DNA of 63,978 bases, the filler included, from Folioceros fuciformis (taxonomy: Eukaryota), in assembly GCA_049999805.1 (NCBI GenBank). It is 26 parts of 26 records of this genome, joined end to end, with 100 filler letters (N's around TTAATTAATTAA, not from the genome) between each part and the next. Parts side by side here need not be neighbours in the genome. Positions count along the whole stretch, not along the records: positions 25,582 to 27,000 come from JBNGIO010006962.1; positions 27,101 to 29,421 come from JBNGIO010006963.1; positions 29,522 to 30,620 come from JBNGIO010006964.1; positions 30,721 to 32,116 come from JBNGIO010006965.1; positions 32,217 to 33,355 come from JBNGIO010006966.1; positions 33,456 to 36,392 come from JBNGIO010006967.1; positions 36,493 to 38,342 come from JBNGIO010006968.1; 19 more parts are not named here. The stretch is one strand, 5' to 3'. The notes below the pieces were generated by a model. It was not told the DNA's origin. It saw only the letters and a list, made by a program, of their open reading frames with translations, and made no database searches. Of this stretch, positions 25,582-38,230 are shown in pieces. Position 1 is the stretch's first letter; every line of letters starts with the position of its first letter. The position numbers were made by a program, and so were the translations under genes.

Positions 25582-25923
25582 ACGGAGGTGGGCGAGCGCG
25601 GGACGCAGCTGTCAGGCGGCCAGAAGCAGCGCATCGCCATTGCCCGAGCCATCCTCAAAAACCCCAAGATCCTGCTTCTCGACGAGGCCACCAGCGCGCT
25701 GGACGCGGAATCCGAGCGCGTGGTCCAGGAGGCGCTCGATCGCCTCATGCAGGGCTCCCGGACCACCCTCGTCATCGCACACCGCCTCAGCACCATCCAG
25801 ACGGCCCCCCAGATCGCCGTCATCTCCCAAGGCCTTGTCGTGGAGAAGGGCACCCACTCCACGCTCGTGCGAGCTAGGGGCTTCTACTCTCAGCTCGTCC
25901 ACTCTCAGCAACTAAAATCTTAA
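25582..25923 (+). CDS. ABCB (P-glycoprotein) transporter, C-terminal NBD end
   Basis: [51 protein letters not shown]...IAHRLST, ending at stop 25921-25923. Confidence 0.95.
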   Translation, partial: TEVGERGTQLSGGQKQRIAIARAILKNPKILLLDEATSALDAESERVVQEALDRLMQGSRTTLVIAHRLSTIQTAPQIAVISQGLVVEKGTHSTLVRARGFYSQLVHSQQLKS

Positions 25924-26377
25924 CAGTTAACATCCTTAACTGTTAACATCTTAACTTCTTTAGGAAACCTGGTAGCCTTTCTTCCTACAAATCCCCAACT
26001 CCAATTTTTATTTACATAATCAAAATAGCCCACATCCCATACTCTCCTTCATCTCACAAGCACAGCACAAACAACACAAAAGAAGGTTCTTACTAATTTG
26101 AACACAATATAACAAGCCAGTCAAGTCTATTAACAACTATCTAAACATCTAAACAACCAGCTTAACTATCTAGGGATTTAACTTCCCCTCTCTCTAGAAG
26201 AGAACTAACAAATTCACCAACTCTTCTAGACCAACTTCATCCCCTTCTTTAGCTTCTTACCTACCTATTGTTCATAGAATTCTACTAAGCCTACTTCATC
26301 TTCTTCTTTAGCTCCTTGTGTACCTATTGTTCATCGAAGATAATACAACACAACATTGGCAACCCTACTTACTACAA

Positions 26378-26802
26378 TTAACACATTGATGGTTCTATGA
26401 AGCTGTATTTTAAATAGCAATCTACTGCATAGATACTAGCTTGCACAGCCCTTGGGCATAAGCTTAGTAGCTGATCTCGCAATATTCTCGTAAGCACACG
26501 AGACAATTGTTTTTGCCTAAATTAATTGGATCAAAACAATTGCTTCCACCCCACATGAATATGAATGTGACGAAGTCCCAAGTGTAAAGCGATGGATACT
26601 TGAGATAATCTCAAATACCTTTGTCAATAGTGCGGTCAAGACCTTCCGTAATCATGAAGCGCCTCCTTTCCCATACCTTAAAAGTTTCCCCACATGTAAA
26701 TGAGATTGTGCTTGCGTTGGGGGGTTTAACAACTTTGGTTATCAACACAGTTGATAACAAAATCACAACACATAGTGAGTAAGAATAAGTATAGTTACTC
26801 AT
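26378..26802 (-). pseudogene. DUF26/Gnk2-like secreted protein pseudogene
   Basis: Signal peptide, then TCG, a TGA at 26611-26613, C-X10-C-X2-C (CFDPINLGKNNCLVC), a frameshift, and finally LLSLCPRAVQASIYAVDCYLKYS. Confidence 0.75.
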
Positions 26803-27100
26803 TATATTTGGTACTAAGTCTTACTATTATAATAGTTAACATCAAAACGTGAAAGACTAGTACAGTTACTTGTTTAAATAGATGTATAAGTTTAAGTTTT
26901 GTTCAAACGGCTAAGAATCAATAGATGAAAAAAACGAAGCATACTTGAATCATATTATTTATTCTCACATTGTTTAAAAAATACAGAATATAATAAAGGT
27001 NNNNNNNNNNNNNNNNNNNNNNNNNNNNNNNNNNNNNNNNNNNNTTAATTAATTAANNNNNNNNNNNNNNNNNNNNNNNNNNNNNNNNNNNNNNNNNNNN

Positions 27101-29421
27101 CATTAGAGAGAGGAAACTCATCAAATTGATTAGGTTCAAAGTCATCTTTAGCAGCATCATCTTGAGGTTGACTAACATGCTGCTGTGAATCCAAACCATC
27201 ATCTAACTGAGATAGATCTTCATGAGAGTCTTTAACAGATGTTGAAGCTTCAAGGCGTGGTGAAGACAACTCCTCAAAAGTCACACTCCTAGCTAAGGTA
27301 ATAGCTGAAGTCTTAGAGTCAAATAATTTATATGCCTTAGTTTCTTTAGAATAGCCTAGGAAAATTAGAGCCTTTGCCCTATCATCTAACTTCCTGCGTT
27401 TCTGTTGAAGAATAAAGGCAAATGCAGGGGAACCAAAAACTCTTAGGTGAAGCAAGCTTGGTTTTCTTCCCCAGAATGATTCATAGGGAGTTTTATTAGG
27501 CACGGACTTTGTCAACACTCTATTTAGAATGTAAGTTGCTGTGACTATGGCCTTAGCCCAGAAACGCTTTGAAAGTCCTGCCCATGAAAGCATGCTTCGA
27601 GTCATTCCCATAAGTGTTTGGTTCTTGCGTTCTGCCACACCATTTTGCTGTTGCGTATATGGTATGGAAAATTGCCTTGTGATTCCAAACTGATCAAATA
27701 GGGAGTCATATTTGTGACCTACAAATTCACCTCCATTATCTGATCTTATACACTTGACTAACTTTCCAGTTTGCCTTTGTACCATAGGTATCCAGGATGA
27801 TATCTTGTCAAAAGCATCACTTTTCTGTTTAAGAGGAAAGGTCTAAGTGTACCTACTGGAATCATCAGTCAAGGTTAAGTAGTACTCCGCTCCTCCTAGC
27901 GAAGGTACCTGTATCTTCCTAGCAATGTCCATGTGAATCGATCCTAGAACGCAATCAGCTCTTGTAGCATTTTTGTTCTTGAAAGGAAGCTCCTTTTGTT
28001 TAGAGAGTACACATGACTTGCAGACTGGAAGGTGCTTAAAGCATGAAGGTAACTTTTCTTTATAATAGTCACCTGTGGACATTAAGTCTAGCTTGACCTT
28101 ATTTACATGTCCAAGTCTAGCATGCCACAGATTTGCTAGAGACTTAGATGTAGCAACATTCACATCTGGACTATGATCTCCCACTGAAAGCTGATAGAGA
28201 TCATTCTTAAGTAACCCTCTAGCTAAACACACACTAGGTTGTGTTATGCTATACAAACAGCAGGAGTCCTTCTCAAAGCGAAAAGCAAACTCTGACATTT
28301 GTGTAAGTGCTCTAATTGACAACAGGTTCTTTGACATGTCAGGAACATAAAGTACATCCAGGAATTTCAAGAGTGAATTCACTAGAGACAGGTACACTTA
28401 CTGTTCCACTTCCTAGTACCTTCACAGCACGTGAATCTCCCACATACACTGACTGTGGGAATAACTGTCTAATGAAGGTAGTGAACAGGTGGCGATTGTT
28501 ACACACATGTGAGGTTGCCCCTGAGTCAATGAACCAAAGAGATGGATGCTCTCTTGTTGAAGTCAAGAAGACAGTCAACACTGTTGAGCTGCTCTTTTGA
28601 GCACTTTGGGTACTAGAAGATTTGTTGCCTCTTTCAGCAACATGAGCTTCAAGTTTTGGCTCCTTGCGAGCTTCTCCTGATTTCTTCTTACGGCACTCTC
28701 TTTCCTAGTGGCCAGGGAGCTGACACCAATTACAGCTGCCTTGCCTTTTGGGATTTCCAGGTGGGGTTTTCTTACCCTTACCCTTCCCCTTTCCAAAAGG
28801 CTTCTTCATTGCAACTAACACTTTCTCTGTTCTAACCTTTGTAGAACCAGAAGGCCGATGGCGAGTCTGCTCCTCTTGATGGAGAGCTCCCACTAGCTCA
28901 TTGAAAGTGAGGGTGGCAGCACCACCTGCTTTAACTGCGGCAACAGAGGTGCGCAAGGCTACATTATGTGTGGACACAAAGTTTTGATAGGAGGAAGGAA
29001 GATTGGACAACAATTGTGCAACTGTGTCTATATCAGATACAGTTCCACCAAGCTGAACAATTTGTTGTCTCAAGTAGCGGAAGCGGGTAATGTGAGCACT
29101 CATTGTATCTCCCTCCTTCATTCTTAGTCCATAGAATTCATTCCTAGCAGCAACAAGAGTCAATATATTCCTTACTTGATATGTATCATGTAGTTGTGTC
29201 CAGACATCTGCTGCAGTTGGTAGAAACTCCACCTCCATAACTGTGGCCTCATCAAGGCCTGAAAGTAGTATAGCAAATGCCAATTTGTTACCCTTTTTCC
29301 ATTTATCAATTTCAGTTTGTTGTGTTGCAGGGCCAGGTTGTTCAAAGGTGCCATCCACAAATTCCAGAACATCACGGGCATCAAGAAGGGCCTTCATTCT
29401 GGCACGCCAACTCTCAAATCG
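27101..29421 (-). mobile_element. Ty1/copia retrotransposon gag-protease-integrase, degenerate
   Basis: Gag (UBN2-like), zinc knuckle CNWCQLPGH*ERECR, protease WFIDSGATSHVC, LWHARLGH/CKSC, and integrase IRSDNGGEF...QQNGVAERKN. Domain order is copia-type, with stops and frameshifts. Confidence 0.97.
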
Positions 29422-30755
29422 NNNNNNNNNNNNNNNNNNNNNNNNNNNNNNNNNNNNNNNNNNNNTTAATTAATTAANNNNNNNNNNNNNNNNNNNNNNN
29501 NNNNNNNNNNNNNNNNNNNNNCCTCCCCGTGAGCGTCAAGGACCACCAACCCAGTTGCTTTGTTACCATCCGTATACCAACTCCATCCTATCCAGAACGT
29601 GGGAGGGCAAAAACAAAGGACCAGGACATGAGACGTCACTTTGGCTATGAGCAGCACACTGGGTTTTGGAGCCCTATCCTTGCAGGTTCCTCCACGGTTG
29701 TTGCGTCTTTTCCTGCACTTTTGCTACCCATCCCTATCTGTACCCACGAGCATGTGTCGCTCGCTTCAAATCTGGCTGGATTCCCTGCCCGGCATGGATC
29801 TCTTTGGGTTCATCTGGTGCTGAGCTTCCCTCCAGTGGGCCATTAAGTGCTCGTGTACTTGCTTAGGTTGTAAACACAAAGTACACGGAAGTCGACTGTC
29901 CGCATAATTTCGGCCGTAGTAAAGGAATATCGATGATGGCGCCGTGGCGGTAGGTCATGATCTGGGACACCTAATGTGAAAAGGCTTCTCCTGGCTCCTG
30001 GTTGGAGCTTCCATGGAGCATGAATGCTGATTCCCGGCAGCCTTTCACGCGTGGACAATGTGACCGTTGTACGTCTCGTGTTCCCTCCCCAAACTGTCAT
30101 TCAAATCTTACGCTTACGCTCCAACTGTAAGAACGAAGCCTTGCTACAGTGCCTTTGTCAGCCTGGGGAGCGAGCTCGCAATCCTCATGACAGGCTGTTC
30201 CCTTTGGACATGAAGAGACGGAGGGCGTCCCCATTTCGCCCGCAGATTGCACCCGCCTCTTTCTCATGGTGCCATTCCTGAGGGAGGGAGGATTTGCGGA
30301 CATGGATGGCGCTGTGATGCCGAGCAGCCTCTGTAAGCGCCTCTTCGTGCTTCCAATCCCTTGCCTGGAGATTGACGTGCGTGGCTTTCTTGTTCCGAGA
30401 GTAGGTCGTGGCAGGGCTGTGTGGAGATCCGGCTTCCTGGTGTGTGGCGTGTGCATGCAAGGTTGGGTTTGGGGGATGTTTGTGGTGAGGAGGATGGGGT
30501 GTGGGAGTTATGTGAAATTCTGGCACTGCACCCGAGGTGGAGTCGTCGTTCGGCTTGTTTTGCTGGTTACTTCCATTCTTAGCTTTCTGGTTTCTGGTAG
30601 TCTGCATGTCGGTGCGGGTTNNNNNNNNNNNNNNNNNNNNNNNNNNNNNNNNNNNNNNNNNNNNTTAATTAATTAANNNNNNNNNNNNNNNNNNNNNNNN
30701 NNNNNNNNNNNNNNNNNNNNTGACCTTGCTCCTCCAACCTTCGGTCCTTGATTCC

Positions 30756-31700
30756 CTAGACAGCTGGTTCTCGTTCTGCCCCCTGCTGACCCGTCTGCTC
30801 CAGGGCTGTCCCCCGTTCCTCCTGATCAGCCCCCATGCTCACACTTTGTCCTCTGGTCCTTTTCCTCCTGGCAGGAGTCTTCTTTTGTGGCGCCATCCTC
30901 TTCCTGGGCTTGACTGGGGTTTCCTCTTGCGAGCTATTCCCACTGTCAGCTTCCCAATTGCTGGAGGCAGCCCTTGCTGGCTTAGCGGGCTTCCACTTCA
31001 CATCGCGAACTGGCTTCCACAGGTGCAGCGAGGCCAGCCTTTCTAGCTCAGTGACCAGGTTAGCGTAACTGTACACATGGATTAGAAACGGGGAAATCAT
31101 AGAAGGTTCAGGGGTGGGTTGGATCAGGTTCTGCCTCTCCTCATCCATCCGAGTGTATAAATCCTCCCCCAGTCGATCCTGGTGCCCTTCACTACTTCAT
31201 GCACAAACAGGAGCATCTGATCGGACAGATAATCCTGTTTGCGTACCTGGAAGAAGCTCAGGAACCACCTGGCCAATCCCAACAGCTAGGGACTTGCCAT
31301 GTCGCGCATCAGCCACCCGTTCGCTTCCTTTCTCGTGCCTGCCTTGAGCAGCGTTTCCGCGGCTCCCGTTCCGCCACGCCTCTTCAGGGACTCTAGCACC
31401 AGTCCCCCTTCCTCCTGTTGGCCGCGCCCGTAGACTCTCTTGATCAACTCCAGGTTCCATTCCTGGGGTTTGCCTCTGATCCCCTCCTTGCGTACAGGCT
31501 CTATCAGCCTCAGGGCACACTCCCTAACCAGCTGGGGTGTTGCATGGTTCCACTTCTGGGTCATAAAAGTCAGACCTAGCTCTGCCACCAACTTTCCTGC
31601 CCTGACCCTCCAATGCTCCATATTTGGGCCACAGGAGTAGGTCGATTCGGGGGACAAGAGGTTCCCCCTCCTGTCTAGAGGCTGCTGCTCCAGGGATCAA
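30756..31700 (-). mobile_element. Degenerate accessory ORF of probable LTR-retrotransposon type
   Basis: Reading continues across one TAG (31286-31288) and one frameshift in a G run: W.HATPQLVRE...IRGKPQEWNLEL...NGW...IDWG/EDLY...SPFLIHVY. This resembles plant-transposon-protein-like ORFs recalled from seedless-plant repeats (not verified). Confidence 0.45.
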
Positions 31701-33455
31701 TTCAGGCCGCGACCTCATCCTGGCTGTCCTCTTCCCCTCACGCTCGGGCTCGGAACTCTTCTGTCCTGGTCACGCTCTAGCTCTTCCTCTGTTCGCCCAG
31801 CTCTCTCCACCGCTCGTGCCTCGGAGGTCTCCCACTCCCCTGTGCCTGCTCAACCCTCACGCCTTGCGCCGTCTACCCCGTCGTCCTGGCGCTTTCTCCT
31901 CCTTCAGCCGCTTCACGCTTCAAGTTACTCCCGCTCCCCGCGCTTTCGGACACTGGACAAAGCTCCCCTTTCTCTAGGGTTTTTATGCCCTGCCTGCTTT
32001 CTCTCCTTACCGCCCGTCGGGCTACCACCAGTCGTCCCTCCGGCGACAGTTGCCCTGCCGGCTACTGTCGCCCCGTCGTCTCGGCCCTTACTTTTGCCTA
32101 AGTCCACAACTGGCCTNNNNNNNNNNNNNNNNNNNNNNNNNNNNNNNNNNNNNNNNNNNNTTAATTAATTAANNNNNNNNNNNNNNNNNNNNNNNNNNNN
32201 NNNNNNNNNNNNNNNNTGTCTCCCCACCTAAGGAATCACCATCGGCTTAATTCAAGCAGTTCACTTATACTATTATTGTTGCCCTTACCATCTTCACCTC
32301 ACCATTGCAACACCCACCACATTTAATAGGCCATCCTTGCCCTAGTGTTTAGCCTTGGCCTAGGCCTAGGTCTATCATTAGAACCCTTAAACCATTAACG
32401 ATGAGCAGGCTGAGCACGGAGTCGTGTTGAGGTACGAGCCGAAATTCACTAACTCTTTAATTTCTTTTCCTCCTTCCCAAATCTTGCTCGAGCATAGAGT
32501 TGTGAACTGCAGCAACTTTTGCGGCATAGGCCGATATCTACTAACTCTTTAATTTTGTTCCCTCGCTTTCTTGAATCCCCTCTTTTCCACCGTCATTGCC
32601 TTTCCCTCCAAAGTGTTTAATTTATTAGTGCTTTCATAGCCCATCATTGCAAGCATGCACCTCTTATTCTTTTGGTGGGTTGTTTACTCTTCAGTCTTCT
32701 CAAGGTTGCATTAGTGCATATCAGTATAAGCAATAGTATTAGTACGAATAGTGCTAGCTAGCTTGCCGGCATGTGTCGGCATGGTAGCCAATTATCCTTC
32801 TAATTCCAGACAAGGAATAGCATGGATTATTATGCTTCACCTTCTCTTTCTGCTTTTGGGATCCAAGGATATTGGTTAAGATTGTTTCGTAAAATGCCTT
32901 GATAGCTCACTGCCCGTTATGAGTTCCAACTCATCACACTTGGGCAAGAACGCAACGTACAAACAAATAAAGAGAGAAAGAATATTCACGACCCTTAGCA
33001 CAAGACACAGGCTAATACGGATATGGATGTCATAAGCCGTTTGGCATCCTTTGTACCACCAACTCTGTGATAGTGAATGGAGGACTCGTACAAGGACTAG
33101 GACAAAGCACTAGGTCTTCTTCTTGGTTGTGCAAGTGTCTGAAAGTTTTTTGAAAACAACACTGTGACGAGTGAGAGTATTATGTGGGATATTAAAAGGA
33201 AAGGATAATGGTGCGGGTGTATTGTCGTGTATGTAAAACGTTAGGCGTTGCCGGTGTGGAATGACCGTTAGAGAGAGCGAGGGAGCGAGCGAGGGTGAGG
33301 GTGGATGGGTGCGTGGGTTGGTGTGTGGTTCAATTTGGGTTAAGGGGGCTGGTTGNNNNNNNNNNNNNNNNNNNNNNNNNNNNNNNNNNNNNNNNNNNNT
33401 TAATTAATTAANNNNNNNNNNNNNNNNNNNNNNNNNNNNNNNNNNNNNNNNNNNN

Positions 33456-34079
33456 AGTCACTTGAAATTGATGCACGAGAATGTTGTGCTTATTAAAGAG
33501 TTGAATGAATTAAGACGAGAATTACGGTCCATGAAACTTACTTCTCATAAAGTGGTCCCTAGTAAAGTGGAAAAACCAGAAGCACTAGCAGAGGATTCTC
33601 AAGCAGCAGACAACAAGCTACATGCAATGCTTCTTGATAAGATGAATGAAATTGAATCATTGTTGAAACAAATCAAACAACTACGAAGCGAGTTAGATGT
33701 GAAGAAAGAACGAATCGAGTATTTGGAGTTCTTAATTGCTGAAAGTGAAAGAGTAAACATGAGGCCCGGATCTAGAGAAGAGTTGCCTCCAATGGACCAA
33801 CCAGACCTGAGTGATGAGAATAGAAAATCACCCAAGCTTGAAGTCGTTCATGAAGAATTGACTGATCCTTTGTCTCACAGATCAGAAACAAGCTCTGAAT
33901 TGTCTCACCAAACCGATGTTTCGGACTCAAAAGGAATGGAACAACCTAGCACTAATGTCAGTGCAGATGTGAAAGAAATGGAAGCTGCAATTGCAACAAC
34001 AAAAGAGGTGAAAGAATCCAAACATGAAGAGAATGAGCCTCAACCAGCTGACAAAGGAGCAGAAACTTCCCAAGAGTGA
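33456..34079 (+). CDS. CFAP57: Cilia- and flagella-associated protein 57 (WDR65), terminal exon
   Basis: KLMHENVVLIKELNELRRELR matches the conserved CFAP57 C-terminal motif R.MQENV.LIKEINELRREL and is followed by coiled coil and an acidic tail. Confidence 0.7.
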   Translation, partial: SHLKLMHENVVLIKELNELRRELRSMKLTSHKVVPSKVEKPEALAEDSQAADNKLHAMLLDKMNEIESLLKQIKQLRSELDVKKERIEYLEFLIAESERVNMRPGSREELPPMDQPDLSDENRKSPKLEVVHEELTDPLSHRSETSSELSHQTDVSDSKGMEQPSTNVSADVKEMEAAIATTKEVKESKHEENEPQPADKGAETSQE

Positions 34080-34604
34080 AAGATTTGAAAGGATTGCTAT
34101 GAGAAGTAGTCATGTTTTTGTGTCTCATATGATCGCCCACAAAGGATAATGTAACAGGAGGAAAGTGTTGTATATGGTTATGGTTGTTGTTATAGAATTT
34201 TGTGTAAGATGAAATATTTTATTAGTGTTATAATTATTAAATTTGATAGATTTAAGTATAAATTAAAATAATATAATTTTACATATAATTGATCTTGGAG
34301 ATGAATATTGAATCGAATCGAGATGAAAAAAAAATCTGAACGTGCAACCTTGCATATGTACGACGTACACTGTAGTCCAGTGAATAGTGCATATTTTTCA
34401 TCGGCAAAGGGACCCACATGGTACCTGGCATGACCATTAGTGTTAGCACGCGTCGTGCATGTGCCATGTCGTGAAAGCGGATGGGCCTGGAAAGGAACTG
34501 GGTTTACCGGCCCCGGTAACTGACACCGCCGGGTGTCCCCTGCCCCTGCATCATGCGCATTGTGAGGTTGTCGGATTGGTGTATCGTGGAACGTTGAGGC
34601 AGCC

Positions 34605-35668
34605 ATGTGTACCGCTCTGCAGCTGCATTCGCTCGCATCGTGCAGCGGCTCTTGGCCTCGGGCACGGGGATGTGGATTTGCGCTGCCAGCTGCGGGAAGC
34701 CTGGGAAGGATTCGCACAAGGAGCAGATCGGGGCGGGTGCGGTGCCGCGTGGGGGAAACGGGTATGGATTGGGTGAGCTTCCCCAAGCTGGAGGGAGCCA
34801 GCCACAGGCTCTTGTCCGACATAGCAGGCACCATGGAGACGGAGCTCGGGCCGTTGCTGGAGCCGAGCCGCACTCCTGAGGATGTCAAGCATTTCAAGAA
34901 CGCGCAGGGGAATGGCGAGGGCTCCGTTACCATCAGGGCCGGGAAGGAAGGGTCTAAGGTCCGTCTTTTAAGTCGGGGATGGCATGGAGATGAGTTGCCG
35001 CAGCCGGAATTGCACGATGAAGCAGCTGACTGAGGCTGGTGTGGTCTGTGCAGATCGATTTCGTGCTCGGGTCTTGGCTCGACGTGGAGTTGCCGTTTGG
35101 GACGCTCAAGATTGCCACGCTCATCGCTATGCTTGCAGCGGACACGGATGCTCCGCACCTGCTGTTTGAGTTCATCCAGAGCGGGCCGAATGCTCTTGTT
35201 GTTGTGTTAGACCTGCTGCCTCGAAAGGATTTGGTGCTGGAACCTGAGTACCTGAAGCGGATATACGAGGATTCGGAGCTGGATAATGTGAGGACGGAGC
35301 TGCACAAAGTTCCTGGTGTGCAGGACTATGTTTCCTCTTCTCTTTACGTGAGAAGCATAGTCTCACCAACTGCGCTACTGCTTAAAATCCAAGGAAATCT
35401 TCCCTCGGGGGAGCCTGTCGAGGGAGGGCTCCAGGAGGTGGTGGCCCGATCCGTGCATCCGAATGCCAAGAAAGTCTTTCTCACCTGGTTGGATGCATTT
35501 CGGAATAAGGGCCTGGTGCCCGAAGGAAAGGAGAAGGAGCACCTGGTGAAGCGGGATGACATGATTAAGACCAAGGGTGTAGAGGTGGATTTGAGTTCAA
35601 ATATGCCCCGCCTCTTTGGCCAAGAGGTTGCTGACCGTGTCGTGGCAGCGTTTCGGAAGGGACAATAG
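34605..35668 (+). CDS. RCCR: Red chlorophyll catabolite reductase (exons 34605-34958, 35054-35668)
   Basis: Transit-peptide-like N-terminus; IDFVLGSW, TDAPHLLFEFIQSG, LDLLPRKDLVL.PEYL, YVSSSLYVRSIVSPTA and EVDLSSNMPRLFG; phase-0 GT-AG intron 34959-35053. Confidence 0.93.
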
Positions 35669-35939
35669 CCTGGCACTCTTGGCAGCACCACTTGCGCTGC
35701 GCCATCCGTGAGTGTGCACGTATGTATGTGTGTACATATGTTGGGGAGCAACCACGCATGTACATACATACAAGCCAAGCCAAGCCATGGCCAGCCTGCG
35801 CGTTGGAGGATCCCGAGCTTGTCATGAAGTGGCAGGGGGCCGTTGCTTTGGTATCAAACACGGAAGACTAACTCGTGTGGGATGCTCATTCAAAAGTAGC
35901 AAGGATCTTTAGGTCATCGGAGTGTCCATCTCTCTGAAC

Positions 35940-36392
35940 TCAGTCAAGATCGAAACACAACTTTGCCTCATCCCAAGGACCGTTGATCTCGAACTTAAAT
36001 TTCTGGATTCTGATCAGCCAGTAGGGGCAGCCGAAGGTGATGAAAAGCTCCACTAAAAGGAACACAGCAAAGGCAAGCTGGTTGAGAGGAAACAGCAGCC
36101 AGCTTGTAAGCCCTGCCAGGATGATAAAAACTCCCATGTAAGCTCGGGGAGATTGTTGCCTGATGGAGCGGGCCACCAGAGGAAAAATAAGAAAGGAAGC
36201 CATCGAGAAGAGCATCAACGCGAACACCAGTTGTTGAGAAGCAACCCGGGAGGCTATCAGCACAGAAGCCGCTATCGATGCGTTCAAGGAGACATTGGAT
36301 GACAGTGTGCTGGCCGATCCCGGTGGCCATTTCCCCTTGGCGCTGTCCAAGGTGTAGTCATGGAAGTAGAGATGGAGCAGCACAAGGCACAC
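35940..36392 (-). CDS. PIGC: GPI-GlcNAc transferase subunit C (PIG-C/GPI2), 3' part
   Basis: LHLYFHDY, SLNASIAASVLIASR, and the terminal CPYWLIRIQKFKFEINGPWDEAKL. Confidence 0.93.
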   Translation of the reverse strand: MCLVLLHLYFHDYTLDSAKGKWPPGSASTLSSNVSLNASIAASVLIASRVASQQLVFALMLFSMASFLIFPLVARSIRQQSPRAYMGVFIILAGLTSWLLFPLNQLAFAVFLLVELFITFGCPYWLIRIQKFKFEINGPWDEAKLCFDLD

Positions 36393-36929
36393 NNNNNNNN
36401 NNNNNNNNNNNNNNNNNNNNNNNNNNNNNNNNNNNNTTAATTAATTAANNNNNNNNNNNNNNNNNNNNNNNNNNNNNNNNNNNNNNNNNNNNGAGCGGGC
36501 TCTTGACCTTTAGCTCGACCTTGCATCTAAGTATTTCGAATCGCACCAACAACTTTTGTCGCCGCGATGAGATTTCGCTTAAGTTTAGCTCAACCCTTGG
36601 CTTTTTCTCTCTCTACATATAGATGTGGGGTTGCTATTGTCGATATAGGGTCCCATCTAGCACGTTCTCCCGTTCGAGGGCATCACATTGCCACCCATGA
36701 TGTAGTTTGAGATGTCATGTTCTCATTGGCTAGGGAGTGCGGATTCCTTCTGTATAAGGAGTGTCCATATACTTTGTGCGATAAGGTTTTACTTAGAGCC
36801 GACCTTTTTTTTCTGTAGAGAGGAACATGCCTCTATCGCTGATGCCATTGTTATGGATCCTAATAGGGAGTCGATCTGCGAGCACATCATCATCAACTTC
36901 CTTGGATGGGCGGCGGAGGGGTTGTGTAA

Positions 36930-37037
36930 GAGGCAAAGTCCATAAGTATTCTCCCTTGCAAGAAGGGTATGCTTTCAATCACCGAGGCAAAGTCCATAAG
37001 TATTCTCCCTTGCAAGACGGGTATGCTTTCAATCACC
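36930..37037. repeat. 54-bp tandem duplication
   Basis: GAGGCAAAGTCCATAAGTATTCTCCCTTGCAAGA.GGGTATGCTTTCAATCACC at 36930 and 36984. Confidence 0.95.
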
Positions 37038-37419
37038 TTGCTCTTGAGACTCATGGGGCAAGGACTTTTCAAGGTTTATCAAAGAGTGCACCAAGGTTTA
37101 TCAGAGTCATAGGAATGGTGTTCTCCCTCTTTCCGCTATGGTGGCATTCTTTCGACAACGCGTATTCATTGCTTCGCAAAGAGCATTGATCAAAGCAGTT
37201 TTTTAGAACAACAACAGGAGCATGTTAAACGGCTTTTTCAACACCAGTGGTAGGTAAGCCTTTTGTTATTCTACATCATGACATTTTGGGAGCAATAGGT
37301 AGTTTTTTAGAATGATGTTTGAAGGGGCTAGTACCCTTTTGGCCCTGCTCGGGTTGTTCCGCCAATCTTTGAAGTAGATGAGACTTTCCATCTCTTTTTC
37401 AACAATAGAAAATACACTT

Positions 37420-38230
37420 TTAAGTTGAGTTTAATGCAAGGCAATCAATCTAAGTTGAGCCCAATGCAAGCCTATTAATCTAAGTCTAATGAAATACAAT
37501 TTTAAGTTGAGTCTAATGCAAGGCTATCAATCTAAGTTGAGCCCAATGCAAGCCTATCAATCTAAGTCTAATGCAAGCTTAATCGATCAAGTTGAGTCCA
37601 ATGCAAGTGTTCAATTATGTTAAGTCTTACATGGTCAATCCAATACAAGACATGATTCCAATGTAAGCCTATCAATCAAGTTTGGACCCAACTTGAGTCC
37701 AATACAAGACTTGATTGATATAAGCCTAACAATAACTCAAAGTCCGATACATGTCCAATGCATATTATAGAATATAGATCAAGAGGAATGCAAGCCTAGC
37801 AATCTAAGTGAGTGCACTGCAAGCCTAGCAATTTAAATAAGTGTAGTGGTAGCCTAATAATTCAATGAGTGCAATAGCTCAATGCAAGCAAATGTAGTAG
37901 GTTGATGCAAGCCTTGCAATCCCATTGAGTGTATTAAGTTGTCCTATGCAAGCCTCGCAATCCCATTGAATCCCATTGAGCTCATTATGTTGTCCGCCAT
38001 CCCATCAAGCCCTAGCGAGTGTAGGGTTTTGAAGATTGATCTTATTGAGTGTGTAGCCCAATGCAAGCCTGCGGAAGTAGTCCGATGCAAGTGCAATGCA
38101 AGTGTAGTAATCTAAGTCTAAGTCCAATACCCCCAGTCAAGTCCAATGCACGTACTCCAATCCGGTCCAATGCAAGCCTAACAATCATTTGAGTCCACAA
38201 ACCTAACAATCATTCGTGTCCAATACAAGC
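37420..38230. repeat. Degenerate minisatellite built on (CC)AATGCAAGCCTA..AATCTAAGT motifs
   Basis: AATGCAAG / CAAGCCTA / AATCTAAGT motifs recur many times at irregular ~25-35-bp intervals. Confidence 0.8.

Noticed and set aside
29522-30620. Contig with several short ORFs, considered as a possible DIRS/LINE fragment
   Set aside because: No diagnostic RT, endonuclease or recombinase motif was found in the frames I read.
34190-35158. 322-aa minus-strand ORF
   Set aside because: It is an antisense shadow of the GC-rich RCCR gene and has no domain features.
35723-35772. 15-bp hairpin between the convergent RCCR and PIG-C genes as a miRNA precursor
   Set aside because: The arms are low-complexity TATG/CATA repeats and the stem is too short.
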